Positions 25,701 through 39,014 of a stretch of 64,000 bases of DNA are shown one piece after another. The notes under the pieces are model-generated. The model saw only the letters and a program-made list of their open reading frames with translations, searched no databases and was not told the DNA's origin. The translations under genes were made by a program, and so were the position numbers. Source of the DNA: Dendrobates tinctorius. Taxonomy: Eukaryota. Position 1 is the stretch's first letter; each line of letters begins with the position of its first letter. The DNA lies in contig NW_027361817.1 of the NCBI RefSeq assembly GCF_039654945.1, positions 10,912,001 to 10,976,000 of the forward strand, written 5' to 3'.

Positions 25701-26677
25701 AAAAACAATTTTATATAAAAAATAATTATTTTTGCATCGCTTTATTCTGCGAGCTATAACTTTTTTATTTTTTCGCTAATGATGCTGTATGGTGGCTCGT
25801 TTTTTGCGGGATAAGATGACGTTTTCAGCGGTACCATGGATATTTATACGCGTCTTTTTGATCGCGCGTTATTGCACTTTTTGTTCGGTGGTATGATAAT
25901 AAATCATTATTTTTTTCTTCATTTTTTATTTTTACTTTTTAAGGGGTTCACTAAAGGGGTTAACTAATGGGACAGTTTTATAGGGTGGGTCGTTACGGAC
26001 GCGGTGATACCAAATATGTGCACTTTTATTGTTTTTTTTATTTCCAAAAAATGAATTTATTAGGGAATTTTTTTTATTTATTTATGTAGCGATTTTTAAA
26101 AAATTATTTTTACACTTTTTTTTTTTTTTTAACTTTATTACATTGTCCCAGGGGGGACATAGCTGTCATGTGACAGAATACTGATCTGTCACATCACAGA
26201 TCACTGTGACAGATCGGCGATCTGTCACAGGCATAGAATCAGACTTCCTCATGCCTGCGCTTTGCAGGCACTGAGGAAGCCAGCTCCCTGCAGGCCCCCG
26301 AAGGTCCCCGTCGCCATCTTGGATCCGGGGACCTGCAGGGAAGGAGCCCCCCGCAGCAGCGCTGCACATTGCACTGCTGCGGGGGGCTCAGGGAAGCACG
26401 GAGGGAGCCCCCTCCCTGCTGATGCTTCCCTTTAACCCCCGGTACACCGCGATCGTGTTTGATCGCTGTGTGCAAGGGGTTAACGTGTTGAGGGCGGTAC
26501 GTGACCCCCCCTGACACATAGTGCCGGGTGTCAGCTGTGATAATCAGCTGACACCCGGCCGCGATCAGCTGCGATCCCCCCGTGAGCGCAGCTGATCGCG
26601 CTAGACGTACTATCCCATCCATGGGCATTGGGGCCCAGGTCCCATGGACGGAAAGTATGTCTGATGTCAGAAAGGGG
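22713..26677. mobile_element. Large non-autonomous piggyBac-type element (about 4 kb) with a tandem array of about 390-bp units (about 23200-25135)
   Basis: TTAA|CCCCTTT ... AAAGGGG|TTAA; CCATTTTGGAAACTAGA recurs at about 23597, 23968, 24359, 24749; no transposase ORF. Confidence 0.8.
25141..25225. repeat. Degenerate (CCCTAA)n telomere-like tract
   Basis: CCCTAA / CCCCAA / CCCTAG hexamers. Confidence 0.8.
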
Positions 26678-27389
26678 TTAAGAGCTGCCAGGGACTGAGC
26701 CGTGCTGTAGACTAGCTACATAGGTGGGTCCCCATGGCTTCTCGCCGCTCACTGCCTTGGATTGATAGGTCTCTCCCTATGCAGTCGGGTGAGGAGAAGC
26801 CGCCAGGGACCAAGCCGCGCTGTAGACTAGCTAGATAGGCGTGTCCCCTGTGTCTTCTCCCCGCTCACTGCCCTGGATTGAAAGGTCTCTCCCTAGGCAG
26901 TAGGGTGGGGAGAAACCGCCAGGGACTGATCTGCGCTGTAGACTAGCTAGATAAGAGGATTCCCAGCGGCTACTCCCCACTCACTGCCCTGGAAAGATAG
27001 TTATCTCCCTAGGGTGGGGAGAAATCACCAGGGACCTATCCACACTGTAGACTAGTCGGCTATTAAAGTATGTTTTTCTTTGACATGTCACAGTGTTTCA
27101 GAGTCAAATATTACTGGCTGAGATCATACATGGTACATGATACACATGGAGTGGGCAGCATGTGTCAGCTGTCAGGTTCATTTTAAAAAACAAAAGAGAG
27201 GTTTTCCCACAAAAGATATTTATCACCAATGCACAAGGTAAGTGATAAATGTCTTATTGAAGGGACACCCAACAGTCTCTGGAAGCGTGGTTCAGAGCCC
27301 CCGTTCCTCTGTGGTGTTTGCAGGTACGCAGGATGCAGTGACGAGCCGCAAAGCAATTTGGTGCTTTCTATAATAACGTTTATAAGACT

Positions 27390-28425
27390 AGAGGGAACTT
27401 TCCTCAGTCACGACCTGATCACCAAAAGGGGTAACACGGGTTGCCCTCGCAGGGGCTCTATACAAGCAAACACAAACGGGTAGAACACGACTACTTCCGG
27501 CAATAGCCGGTCACTATAGGGCCGCGGTATAGCCGACTATTGGTCCTTAATTATATAGTCAACTTAGCCATCCAGACGTCCCTCGCCGTTCGGGATGGTG
27601 GTCTTTCGGCGTAGTAGTTGCTGGGCCCAGTTGCTGAGGCGTTGACGAAGTCTTCGCACGCTGATGGCACTGGAGCCCCACAGGCCCCGGCGGAGTTCTT
27701 GGACGGATGGGCCGCAGCCTCCGGACTGGGGCAAGCGGCAGCGATGTGTGGTGGCGAATGACAGGCCACCTGCGCAGCTAACGGCTGCGACGGGGAGTCC
27801 ACGGTCAGCAGAGGCCCGGCCCCTGCTGCGGACCGGAGCGGGACAGTGGTGGCCACCGACGGCGCTGTACTTGCCGTAGCCACTGGTGAGAGCAGGGCGG
27901 CTGCGGGTGGCAGGGAACAGGCCGCAGCCGCGACCTAGAGCGAGATGGCAGCGGCCGCGGGCGACCGCCGGTAGGCCGCAGCCTCCGGCTGAGGGGAGGC
28001 GGCAGCGGCCGCGGGTTGAACTGAGGCCGCAGTGGCCGCAGGCTGGAGCGGGGCAGCAAGTCTCAGATGATCGCCTTGGCACCGTCCCTCTGGAGTCCTC
28101 TGTGAGCGTCTTCCCTGGCACTGATCAGTCGCTCAAGCTTTCAGTCGCTCCCACGGTCTCCTGCTGCCTCTGTCCCGGTCTGCTGACTCATCGTCCCAGG
28201 AATTCCCCGCTTCCTTTATACTGGTCCCTCCCCCAGCCCATCTGTCTGTCACAACGGTCTGTCCCCGAATTCTGTCCCCCGGGGACAGTTCCCCCCGGAA
28301 CCCAGATGACGGCTCCCTCGGTTCCGGCCCGGACACTCGACGGGGGCCGTTTCTCCCACACCTCTACCCTGCAAGACCCCAGTAAAAAGAAGTTTGAATT
28401 GAGTATTGATAAAGCATCCGCCCTC
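27390..28425 (-). other. CpG-rich segment of about 1 kb, possibly the 5' UTR/ORF1 start of an L1/Tx1-type LINE
   Basis: Sharp GC and CpG enrichment, Ala/Pro/Arg-rich low-complexity ORFs; no diagnostic domain recognised. Confidence 0.3.
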
Positions 28426-28743
28426 TGAACTCCAATAAAAGTTTAAAGGGATACTAGAAGCAGTCAAGCATGGTATGGGGGCAAGATTTCTAATTTTCAC
28501 ATTAGGCAACAGAAATGCTATAATTGTTCCTGGCTGATACTGTAGCTTATATGTATTCAGATGAATGGGGCTGGAGGGAAATGTAGAACTGATGTAGGAA
28601 AGTCAAACTGTTCTTTCAATTTAGAAAAAGTTGACTTTTTTTCAAATGTGAAACAAAACCTACAATGAAAGTGTATGTAAAGCGAAACCAGAGATATATG
28701 GAAGGCTAAAGGCATGTACAATTAGAAATGAATAAGCAGATTA

Positions 28744-30024
28744 ATCATAGAATCGTCGAGTTGGAAGGGACCTCCTGGGCCATCTGGTCCAACCCCCTGC
28801 TCAAAGCAGGATTCGCTAAATCATCCCAGTCAGATGTCTGTCCAGCCTCTGTTTGAAGACCTCCATTAAAGGAGAACTCACCACTTCTCGTGGCAGCCTG
28901 TTCCACTCATTGATCACTCTAACTGTCAAAAAGTTTTTTCTAATATCTAATCTGTGTCTCTTCCCATTCAGTTTCATCCCATTGCTTCTAGTCTTTCCTT
29001 GTGCAAATGAGAATAAAGTTGATCCTTCTACAATGTGACAGCCCTTTAGATATTTGTAGACAGCTATTAAGTCTCCTCTCAGTCTTCTCTTTTGCAAACT
29101 AAACATTCCCAAATCCTGCAACCTTTCCGCATAAGACAGGGTTTGCAGACCGGTCACCATTCTGGTCGCTCTTTTCTGAACTTGCTCCAGTTTGTTGATG
29201 TCTTTTTTAAAATGTGGTGCCCAAAACTGGACACAATATTCCAGATGAGGTCTGGCCAAAGAGGAGTAGAGGGAAATAATGACTTCACGTGATCTAGACT
29301 GTATGCTTCTGTTAATACATCCTAGAATTGCATTTGCCTTTTTTGCTGCTGCATCACACTGTTGACTCATATTCAGTCTGTGATCTATTAGTATACCCAA
29401 GTCTTTTTCACATGTGCTGTCACTTAGCCCTATTCCTCCCATTCTATATATGCTTTTTTCATTTTTATTGCCCAGATGTAGTACTTTGCATTTCTCCCTG
29501 TTAAAAACCATTCTGTTAGTTGCTGCCCACTTCTCCAGTTTATTTAAATCTTTTTGAATCCTCTCTCTCTCTTCTCTAGTATTAGCTATCCCTCCTAGCT
29601 TTGTGTCATCAGCAAATTTAATCAGTTTACCCTCAATTCCTTCATCTAAATCGTTGATAAAGATGTTGAACAATACAGGGCCCAGGACAGAGCCCTGTGG
29701 TACCCCACTTGAGACATTCTTCCAACTGGATGTGCAGCCATTTACGACCACTCTTTGGGTCCGATCACTAAGCCAGTTATGAATCCACCTAACAGTTGCC
29801 TTGTCCATTCCATACTTAGTCATTTTTTCAATAAGGATTGTATGAGAGACTTTGTCAAATGCTTTGCTGAAGTCAAGATATACTATATCTACAGCATTTC
29901 CTTGATCCACCCAATCAGTGATACCGTCATAGAAGGAAATTAAGTTAGTCTGACATGACTTATTAGTTAGAAACCCATGCTGACTCTGTTTAATCACTTC
30001 ATTCTTATCCAGGTATTGACATAC
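28744..30024 (-). mobile_element. 5'-truncated CR1 LINE with uninterrupted RT ORF
   Basis: QHGF..KSC, YLDFSKAFDKV, SGVPQGSVLGP, KFADDTKL, RPHLEYCVQFW; 3' UTR ending in a GATTCTAT-type tail. Confidence 0.95.
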
Positions 30025-30097
30025 ATTAAGGGTAATGGTATATGCCCTTCTATTCTGATCAGTGAAGGACTGACTGCTGAAACCCCCACCAAGGATC

Positions 30098-33000
30098 CCA
30101 CCATGGTTACTTACCGGTAGCTGGTTTTTCCGGAACCCATGACAGCACACCTGAGAGAGGGATCCGCCCCGCCAGGACAGGAACCTACTGAAATATAAGG
30201 CGCGGCACCTCTCCCCCGCTTCAGTCAGTTACAGATCATTGAGAGGACTTCCCAGTTAGTTACATGTTTATCCAACACCACATCACACAAATACATCCTA
30301 CTAACGTGCACACCCATATGGTGAAAAGGGGGGGGAATATACGGGTGCTGTCATGGGTTCTGGAAAAACCGGCTACCGGTAAGTAACCATGGTGGTTTTC
30401 CCTTCACCCATGACAGAACACCTGAGACTTCGAAACACCTTAGGGAGGGACCACCGCTTGCAGCACCCTTCTACCAAAGGTTAAGTCAGCAGAGGAGGAT
30501 AGATATAATCTATAGTGCTTAAAGAAGGTTGATGGTGTGGCCCAGGTAGCGGCCTTACAGATTTGCTCAATTGATACCTCTGCCTCTTCATCCCAGGAGG
30601 TCGCCATGGCTCTAGTGAAATGAGCCTTAATGCCGTCAGGAATCGGAACACCACTAGCTGAGTAGGCTACACTAATGGCTTCCCTAATCTATCTGGCAAT
30701 AGTCCCTTTTGATACTCCATAGCCCTTTCTGGCACCCTGGAAGGCTACAAATAGGGACTGGGACCTCCTCCACTGGCTAGTCACTGATATATATTCTAAC
30801 AGGGCCCTTTGAACATCCAGTTTGTGGAATTTCTCCTCCCCTGGGTTTTTTGGAGTCTCACAGAAATCTGATACCACTTTAGGCAGATAGGCGGGGTCTG
30901 TCTTTAGGACGACCCTGTTCTGGTACACCTGGGTATAAGGTGGATTCACTAAGAGGGCCTGCAAGTCACTTACTCTACGGGCCGATGTAAGGGCCACTAA
31001 AATAATGGTCTTTAGGGTAAGATATTTTACCGGCTGTTGTTGAATTGGTTCAAATGGCTCTTCCGTAAGGGCTTCTAACACCAGGTTTAAATCCCACGGG
31101 GCTATTCTTGGCATTGGAATCGGTCTGTACCTATGGCAGGATTTAATGAATCTAGCTTCCCATCTGTTTGCCGCTATGTTGCAGCTATATAGCGCACCCA
31201 GTGCAGATACCTGAACTTTAAGGGTATTTACTGCTAGACCTAGCTGTAATCCTGCCTGTAAGATTTCCAAGATGGCCTTAATCGGGGGCTTTTGGTCTAA
31301 CGGCTTCCCCAGGAACTGTAGAAACTTATTCCATGTTCTACCATATATGTTAGTTGTCACCGGCTTCCTACTTTTCAACAGCGTAGCCACCAACCCCGGA
31401 GAAAAACATCTATTCCTTAAAAGTGACCTTTCAAATTCCATGCCGTCAGATGGAATCCCTTGACTTGTGTGTGGAATATTGGACCCTGAGCTAGCATGTC
31501 TGGGATCTCTGGTAGTACCCATGGACCGAGAGGGACATCATTTGCAGTAGCGAAAACCAGGGCCTTTTCGGCCAGAACGGGGCTATTAAGATCACTCTGG
31601 CGTGATCTTCCCTTATTTTCCTCACAACTGTTGGGATCAGAGCTACTGGAGGAAATGCGTAACCAATTTGAAATTCCACGGAATTTGCAACGCGTCCACC
31701 GCCCATGGATTTTGTTTTGGGTTTAATGAACAAAACCTCTCTAACTGTCTGTTGCTTTTGTTGGCAAAGAGGTCTACTACCGGTTCTCCCCAGAGTTGTA
31801 CTATCTTCTAGATCACTAACTGATCTAGGGTCCATTCTCCTTGCCTTAGTATATTGCAGCTCAGCAAGTCAGCTTCTACATTTTCTACCCCTCTTATATG
31901 TAGTGCCATCAGGGAGAGTAGATGTCACTCTGCTCTGTGAAAAATCTTGTTGGCCGCGTTCATTAAGGAGTGTGACCTTGTTCCCCCCTGGTGATTGATA
32001 TACGCCACTGTCACTTTGTTGTCCGACATGATCTGGACATTGTGGCCTTTTAGACGGGGAATAAAGATTTTTAAGGCTTTGTTTACTGCCCGTAATTCTC
32101 TTATGTTGGAGGATGCGTTTTTCTCTTGAGGTCCCCAGGGTCCCTGGGCCGCCTGTCCCCTTAGGTGCGCCCCCCACCCCGAGGAACTTGCATCTGTCAG
32201 GATTATGTCGGACACTGGTCTGTGCCATAACATTCCTGACATCAGGTTTGTCCTGTCTAACCACCATCTGAGAGAGTTTTTGACCTTTAAGGAAAGCTCC
32301 AGCCTTCCTTCCAAACGCCCTATTAGCGATTTCTGTGCTGATAGAATTTCTGCCTGAAGTTGATGGGTATGAAATTGTGCCCACCTGAGCGCTGGAATAC
32401 ATGCTGTCAGGGTGCCTAGTAAGGACATTACGCCTCTCAGGGTCGTGTGAGGTTGGTCTAGGGCCGCCAAAGTCAAATTCCTCACCTTTTCCTTCTTGAC
32501 CTCTGGTAACAGACAAGTGTGTTGCTCTGAGTCCAGGATGAACCCTACAAAAATATGTCTCTTTAGGGGTTGTAGTTTTGATTTTTCGATGTTTACCATC
32601 CACCGGCGTTTCTGTAGGGTATTTGTTACCCTTTCTATCTGCTCTGTGCAGTGGTGTTCTGAGTTGCCCACTATTAGAAAATTGTCCAAATAGGGTATCA
32701 TAATTGTGTTGTGGATTCGGAGGAAGGCTGTCATCTCCGCTACGACTTTCGTAAACACTCTCGGGGCTATGGATATGCCGAATGGAAGGGCCCTGAATTG
32801 GAAATGCCTGAGATTGCCCTGGATGTAGAGAGCTACTCTTAAGTATCTTTGACAATCTGGGTGGATTGGGATGTGATAATAGGCATCATTTAGATCGACT
32901 ACGGCCAAAAAACAATTGTAGTGTAGTAGTTTTATGGCTGAAGTTACCGACTCCATTTTGAAGGTCTGGTTTTCTATCCACTGATTGAGGCCTCTGAGGT

Positions 33001-35303
33001 TTATAATTGTTCTGAATGACTGGTCCGGTTTTTTTATCAGGAAGAGGGGTGAGTAGAAGCTCGTTCTCTCCTGTCCGCTTGGGACTTCGGTCAGAACACG
33101 TTTGTCTAGCAGACTTAAGATTTCTGACTACAGGGCCAATTGTTCCTCTATCCTCACGGGGTCACCACAAATGATGCTCTCGGCCGCTGAAAAAACGGGA
33201 TTTTGAGGCCTTTTCTTATGATGTTTAAGATCAAGGCATTGGAAGAGGTACCTTCCCAGACCTGGGAAAAGAGCATCAGTCTCCACCCTACCGGGATGTC
33301 GGTGTCATTGTGGGGATTTTTTTGTAGATGAGGTGGCTCCTCCGAACATGAATCCAGACTCCTTGCTTTTGTCCTCCCATCTTTTCCTATCCCCCGGTTG
33401 ACGGCCCCTGTTGAATTTTCCTCTCCGAAAGGACGGCCTTCTTTGATCTCCTAGAAACCTGGGGAAGCCCTTCTTTCTATCACTTTCTTTTTCCAAGATG
33501 TCTTCTAGATTTTCCCCAAATAAAAATTGTCCGTCACACGGAAGAGAGCACAACTTAGCTTTAGACTGTAGGTCTCCTGGACAACCTTTAAGCCATAATG
33601 CGCACCTTGCGGCTTTTGATAGCCCTGCTGCTCTCGCCATCAGTCTCATGGAATCGGCGGAAGTGTCAGCCAAAAAAGCTGCTGCTCCGTGTAGAAGATA
33701 CATATCCGCCAGAATTTTTTCCCTTGAGACCTTTGAAGCGAGTTTCTCTTCCAGCTGCTGTAGCCAAATCATTAAGGAACGAGCTGTGCAGGTGCCGGCT
33801 ATTGCTGGTTTTAGTCCTCCTGTCGCTGCTTCCCATGTATGTCTTAGGTAGGAATCCGCTTTTCTATCCAGTGGGTCTCTAAGCACACTTGAGTCTTCCA
33901 GGGGCAGGGCCGATTTTTTGAGACGACCTAGACACTGCTGCCTCAATCTTTGGGACTTTGTCCCATATTTCCGTGTCTTTATGCTCAAAGGGGTATCTCC
34001 TTTTAGAGGAGGAGGGAAGTGCTCCTGATCTTTCAGGCTTCCTCCATTCTCTTTCAATGAATGCCTGGACTTTCTCATTGACTGGAAAGGTGCGCTTCTT
34101 TCTTTCCTGTAGACCCCCGAACATGATGTCTTCCAGAGACTTAGTCATTTTTTCCTCCTGTAGGCCCATGGTTACCCTAATGGCTTTGAGGAGAGCATCC
34201 GTATCCTCTACGGAAAACACGGCTTGCCACCCGTGTCACTATCCGAGGAGGAGGACAGGTGTTCGGCCTGATATTCAGCCGAGGAGGAGTCTGATGAAGA
34301 ACTAGGGGAGTCTGTCCTACTCTTTTTCTTTTTCTTTAACAACACTTTAAGTGAGCCTTCCACCTCGGACCTGATGACCGATCTGAAGTTAGTTGCAAAG
34401 CTCGGCACCTCCTCCACCATGGTTCGCTGGATAAAGCTGGTGCAAAGGTCTTTCTGCCAATCTCTCGCTAGGGGGCTCCTACATATGGCACAATCCCTAT
34501 TGTTTCTCTTGCTCCCTGCTTTTTTGGCCTTCTCCTAAGGAAAATAACACACAAGAAGGACCCTATTAACAACATACTAACATTCATGGAGATCACTCAC
34601 CACCCATAAAGTCGGGTACCGGACTCGGAGGCTGTGGTGGAGCACGTGACCTGTGCTCTCTGGACATCGAGGAGTCTCCTGACCTGTGGCTCGGGCGACT
34701 GCTGCTTTTGCCACTTGAATGGCTGCCATGCTTGCGAGCGGAGGTTTGTGATGGAGGCAGAGATGGTGGAGACGGTGATCGTTCCTGCTCTGACCCCATG
34801 GCTTTACCTGGCCGCAGTGCCGTCCTTCCTCCTTTAAATAGGTCCGTCCCGGTGAGCGTTTCCCCTCTTTCTCCCCTCCCCCTTCGACCGCCGGCCGACC
34901 GCTATTCTTCTTAATGCGACCGGCGTCGCACCAGGCGCCATCTTGCCGTCGCTTCTGTGACGTCAGCCGGCGCGCTCCCAGGATGCCCTGCGCCGCTGAC
35001 GTTAGAAGCCGGAAACCGCCCCCGGCTCTCCCTGTCAGGTTGTGAGGGAGAAAGTTCGGGTGCGCGCAAGGGGAGGGAGGCACAGAGGAGTGCCCCGATC
35101 ACAGAGGCCGCCTAGCCGCACCCGCACGAACCCGGAGCCTGCAGGAGGACCCCGGGCACCGCTGCTGTCAGACTGGGATTCCCTTCCTAGGACAGGAACC
35201 CAACTGAAGCGGGGGAGAGGTGCCACTCCTTATATTTCAGTAGGTTCCTGTCCTGGCGGGGCGGATCCCGCTCTCAGGTGTGCTGTCATGGGTGAAGGGA
35301 AAA
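30098..35303 (-). mobile_element. Full-length DIRS tyrosine-recombinase retrotransposon (copy B), ORFs disrupted
   Basis: ITRs about 30139-30224 / 35203-35292; ICR about 30343-30427 complementary to both termini; gag 33305-34534, RT/RNase H 31925-33300 (YLDN for YLDD, TDASSSGWG), methyltransferase-like 31491-31835 (YAFPP), YR about 30440-31522. Confidence 0.93.
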
Positions 35304-35743
35304 AAGTGATATCCTAACGATATGATATCATTTTCTGTGACTGGAAAAATTCAAATCAAAACAAAGCTTAAAACAATGTAGGCTCCTATAGGAACTCCAG
35401 ACTACTGGGAAGAAACAATTTGACTTCTCGAGCCTAGATACACTGAGCTGTAAGGAACATACAGTAATCATTTTGCTTCTGGAATGTCCCCTTTAAATTA
35501 ATATGGCTTTTGCAAGAAAACAAATACCCCATGTATTAAATTCATGCTCTGACTTCTGAGCCTTGCTGAGCTTCAACTAATATATTCTAATAATAAGGAA
35601 AACAAGTGTCGCATGTGTGCTGTTATAGCTCTCCGTCATGCTCCATTACACTCAATATGCAATGTTGGTTGTTTATCTGATTTCAAGGCACTAAGTCATC
35701 AAAGCCGTGTATGATGAGACTTTTAAATTGCTACCATACTTAC

Positions 35744-35836
35744 TTTGTCAGGCCTTAGGCATCGGATGATGAGCATCCTTTGGAACTGACCCACTTTTTC
35801 TTGCCATTCAGAAGGAAAAGCCTCATGGTGAGGTTC
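35744..35836 (-). CDS. DNAH7: Dynein heavy chain exon [31 protein letters not shown] (absent from the ORF track)
   Basis: Manually translated; RCLRPDK motif; ctcttgcag acceptor, GTAAGT donor; 93 bp, phase 0/0; bridges the neighbouring exons. Confidence 0.9.
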
Positions 35837-36369
35837 CTGCAAGAGCAGACACAGTAGGTTGACTTTATTTAATTTGTCACTTTTCATACCAGCTTCACAA
35901 CATTAAAGCCAAGATAATAGTAAAACTCCACTTTGTCTTTTGTAAATAATTGAACATTTACAGCATTCGGCAGCAAGAAAGAAGGAAGAGTAAATACAAT
36001 ACAATGATCACAGAGAAGTTAAAACTTTGCACAGAAAACACAAGACATTTGAGGGACAACTAGTAAATTAGCCCTTTAGAATGAGTTCATGTGCTAATAT
36101 AAACAGGGTTAATGCAGATTATTGAATAAATGAAAGCAGAATGAAGCAAATGGAGGAAATTTAACACAAAGTTGTCCATGTGTAATAACAAAAAATAAAG
36201 AAATGGGAAAGATTCTTTACTCCATTTTTCTAAGCTTTCTTTGTCATGCAAATTGCAATCACCAGATCCAGTCCAATTGCTGTGGATGCTAGTGGTCTCT
36301 TATAGATGGCTGCCTGGGTTCAAGAATTGCTGTTTTTTAAGCAGTTGTGTGAAGTTATACCAACATACA

Positions 36370-37260
36370 GGTCAACACTAAGTGTGCACCTCAAAGAAGG
36401 AGGAATGGTGGAATTATGAGAATTGTAGGATGGATTGACATGTTAATTTTCTAAATATCTCAAATTATTCAGCATTGAGCCATGAGCACAACAAGCAGAA
36501 ATCCCTGCACTTACAGGCCTATCCATGGTATCAATTAGGTCACTAATGGTTGTTGAAGGATAACTCCAGAACATGGTGGCACATTTAACACACGCAATGC
36601 TGCTCACAGTAGCATGAGCAACATGTTGCCTAGTGTCATTTTGAAAAACGGCTCTTGGGAGATTTTGGAGAAATGGCCATACCCCTGGTTCCACAACCAA
36701 ATCAATGTGACACTGAACTGTTAGTGTACCTGGAATGAAGAAGGGAAAGGTCAGGCTACCAAACATTGTGCCACTCCCCAGCATAAACCCAGGAGAATAA
36801 TCGGTGTGATGTTCCCTTGTGAAGATCTACCATGTGGTCTCCAAACCAATCTCCAGCTGTCATTGAATCCAAGACAAAAGACTCATCAGTGAATGGAAAA
36901 TAGAAAAGAATACAAACATCCTTTCTAGCCTCCATTTCTCCATTCCATTTAATGGTCTCCATCAGGAAGTCACATGGGCAACACCATGAAGAGGCCTTAA
37001 CACAGAGAATGTCACACCAGTCCTACTCCCAGGATAATGGTGTGCAGTGGCATAATATATGGAAACCAGATCACTTTAGCCTTCAACCCAAGTACACTAG
37101 CAGCTTGGGGTTACATAAATTTAGCGGTGGAACCAATGTTGCGGCCACTTTTCCAAAGTGTATAGGAGCTGCCAACAGCGGATCTTGATGATTTAACATG
37201 GCAGAACATTCTTCAGACATTCATTAACAGCCTCAGGGATAGGAGCCAAGGTGTCTAAGT
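36370..37260. mobile_element. Old scrambled Tc1-like remnants on both strands
   Basis: FTDES and FQNDT-like fragments; no termini recognised. Confidence 0.4.
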
Positions 37261-38703
37261 ATGGCACTCAAACACAACACCGAATAAATCAAGATGTTTT
37301 GAAAATTTTGTGTCCATTTTTTCGTCATTTGAATATCATTAGCATGATGTGCTTTCCATAAATCTACAACTTTTCCTTCTTGGTGTTGAGACTTCAATAT
37401 CGAGTAGTGTAAATATCTGCTAACACCAAGCAACGATATCATAATCAAAGAGTTCTGATAGAAATCCATTATAAGGGAAAATCCTTTATACCATTTCTTA
37501 CATTAAAGAACAGCACCCCAGAGGCAATGAAGAAACTTGAATTTTAAAGAGGCTGCACAAATTAAATAAAACTTTGTCTACGACCTCATTCAGATGTCAG
37601 AGATTTTTCTCATTTTTAAAATCACGAACCATGTTTTGTCAGTGTTTTAGATCCAATTTTACTCAGTGTTTGGTCAGTGTCAGAAGACAGGCTTATACAA
37701 AGAGAGGCTGGCCTCACCTGAGCAGAAAGGAACCCTCATATGTACCAAATTCAATATTTCTTGTGTCATCCAAGGGCTTGAACAGATGAATCGATTTTAA
37801 CTCCTAACCCAACCATTGCAGTGGGCTGTCAGCTGTAATGCACAGATGACACCTGCCGCTGATGGTGTGGGCACGGCGTTTATTTGCACACTGCAGGAAG
37901 TGGTTAAAAATAAGCTGCAATGTCTGTAAAGAGCTGATGTAAAGTGTGATCACTGAGCTAGTGCAATCTATAGGAAAACTATATCGGAGCATCAGTCTAC
38001 AACTACAGTCGCAATATACATAAATTCTAAATGCACATTGTTTTCTTATCTTGTTAGGGAAGATACGAAAATCACATCATATCATATTAATGATGAAAGA
38101 TGAAACATTGGACACAAATTTTTTAAAACATCTTGATTTCGTTCAAATTGTTAAAGCACCACTCTAGCAATAGTTTTTATTTCAGCTCTGCAGTGGTGCA
38201 ACTAGTATAAGGTTTCTGCCCTTTGTATTATACTTCCCACCCACCGTCTTCTTCTGTTATTGGCGCCACTCCGGTCATCTTCTGCAGTTTGGTAACCTAC
38301 CAGATCTCCAGTGTTTGCTGCAGTGATCTGGTGGTCACTACTCAATGTAGGTCTATGGCAGGAAGAACATCGCCAGAACGAGGCCCTCAGTCAGAAGTTA
38401 GGGGTCACAAGATGAACAGAGCGGCGCTAGGAAGAGCTGAAGATGGCGGCTGGTAAGTGTATTACTAGGGACAGGGAACTTAGATTAGTAGCACCAGTCC
38501 AGCGCTGAAATAAAATAGCATTGGAGTGGAAATGTAGACTACACAGGCAACAAATACACCAACTGTATCACAGTGCCTGATGTTCTCTGATCTATCTAGC
38601 GCACCCTAGATGATCTAGTCTATATTTTCACCAAATATCAGTTGGCTTACTATGATACTTTGCAATAAAAATTTAGCTTTCAGACATGTCATTGACCAGC
38701 TAA

Positions 38704-39014
38704 GAGGGGTTCTCCACTACTGTGCAACTCCACTTTAATCAATTCAGAACACTATATAAAAAAAACAGTGTATACTCACCTCCTGCAATAGTGTCATTCC
38801 AAAAATGCCGGCACTGCTTTTGCGGGAGAGCGACCGTGACTTTTTGTGTTACATGATAGCTGCAGCCAATCAGCAGCTACTCCTTGGCTGCAGCTCAACA
38901 ATATCCTGACAGGGCAGACATCTGCTATGTAATGGCTGCAGCTGATGAGCCATTCATTGCCTGCAGATGGCCCTGAATTGATTAAACTGGGTTTGCACAG
39001 TAGTGGAGAAGCCT
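38704..39014. mobile_element. Decayed T2-type palindromic MITE
   Basis: GGGGTTCTCCACTACTGTGCAA ... TTGCACAGTAGTGGAGAAGCC inverted ends. Confidence 0.6.

Larger units (their letters stand above)
22579..27182. mobile_element. T2/Kolobok-type MITE (host of the piggyBac-type insertion) with about 119-bp tandem repeats at 26685-27055
   Basis: TTAA|AGTGAACCTGACAGCTG ... CAGCTGTCAGGTTCATT|TTAA. Confidence 0.7.

Noticed and set aside
27380-27420. CTGAGGA on the minus strand with a small hairpin as a third hammerhead
   Set aside because: No properly placed helix II, GAAA box and cleavage triplet downstream
30025-30150. N-terminal extension of the 444-aa RT ORF as a DIRS-CR1 fusion protein
   Set aside because: Chance read-through from the DIRS terminus and flank into a 5'-truncated CR1; no true ATG start
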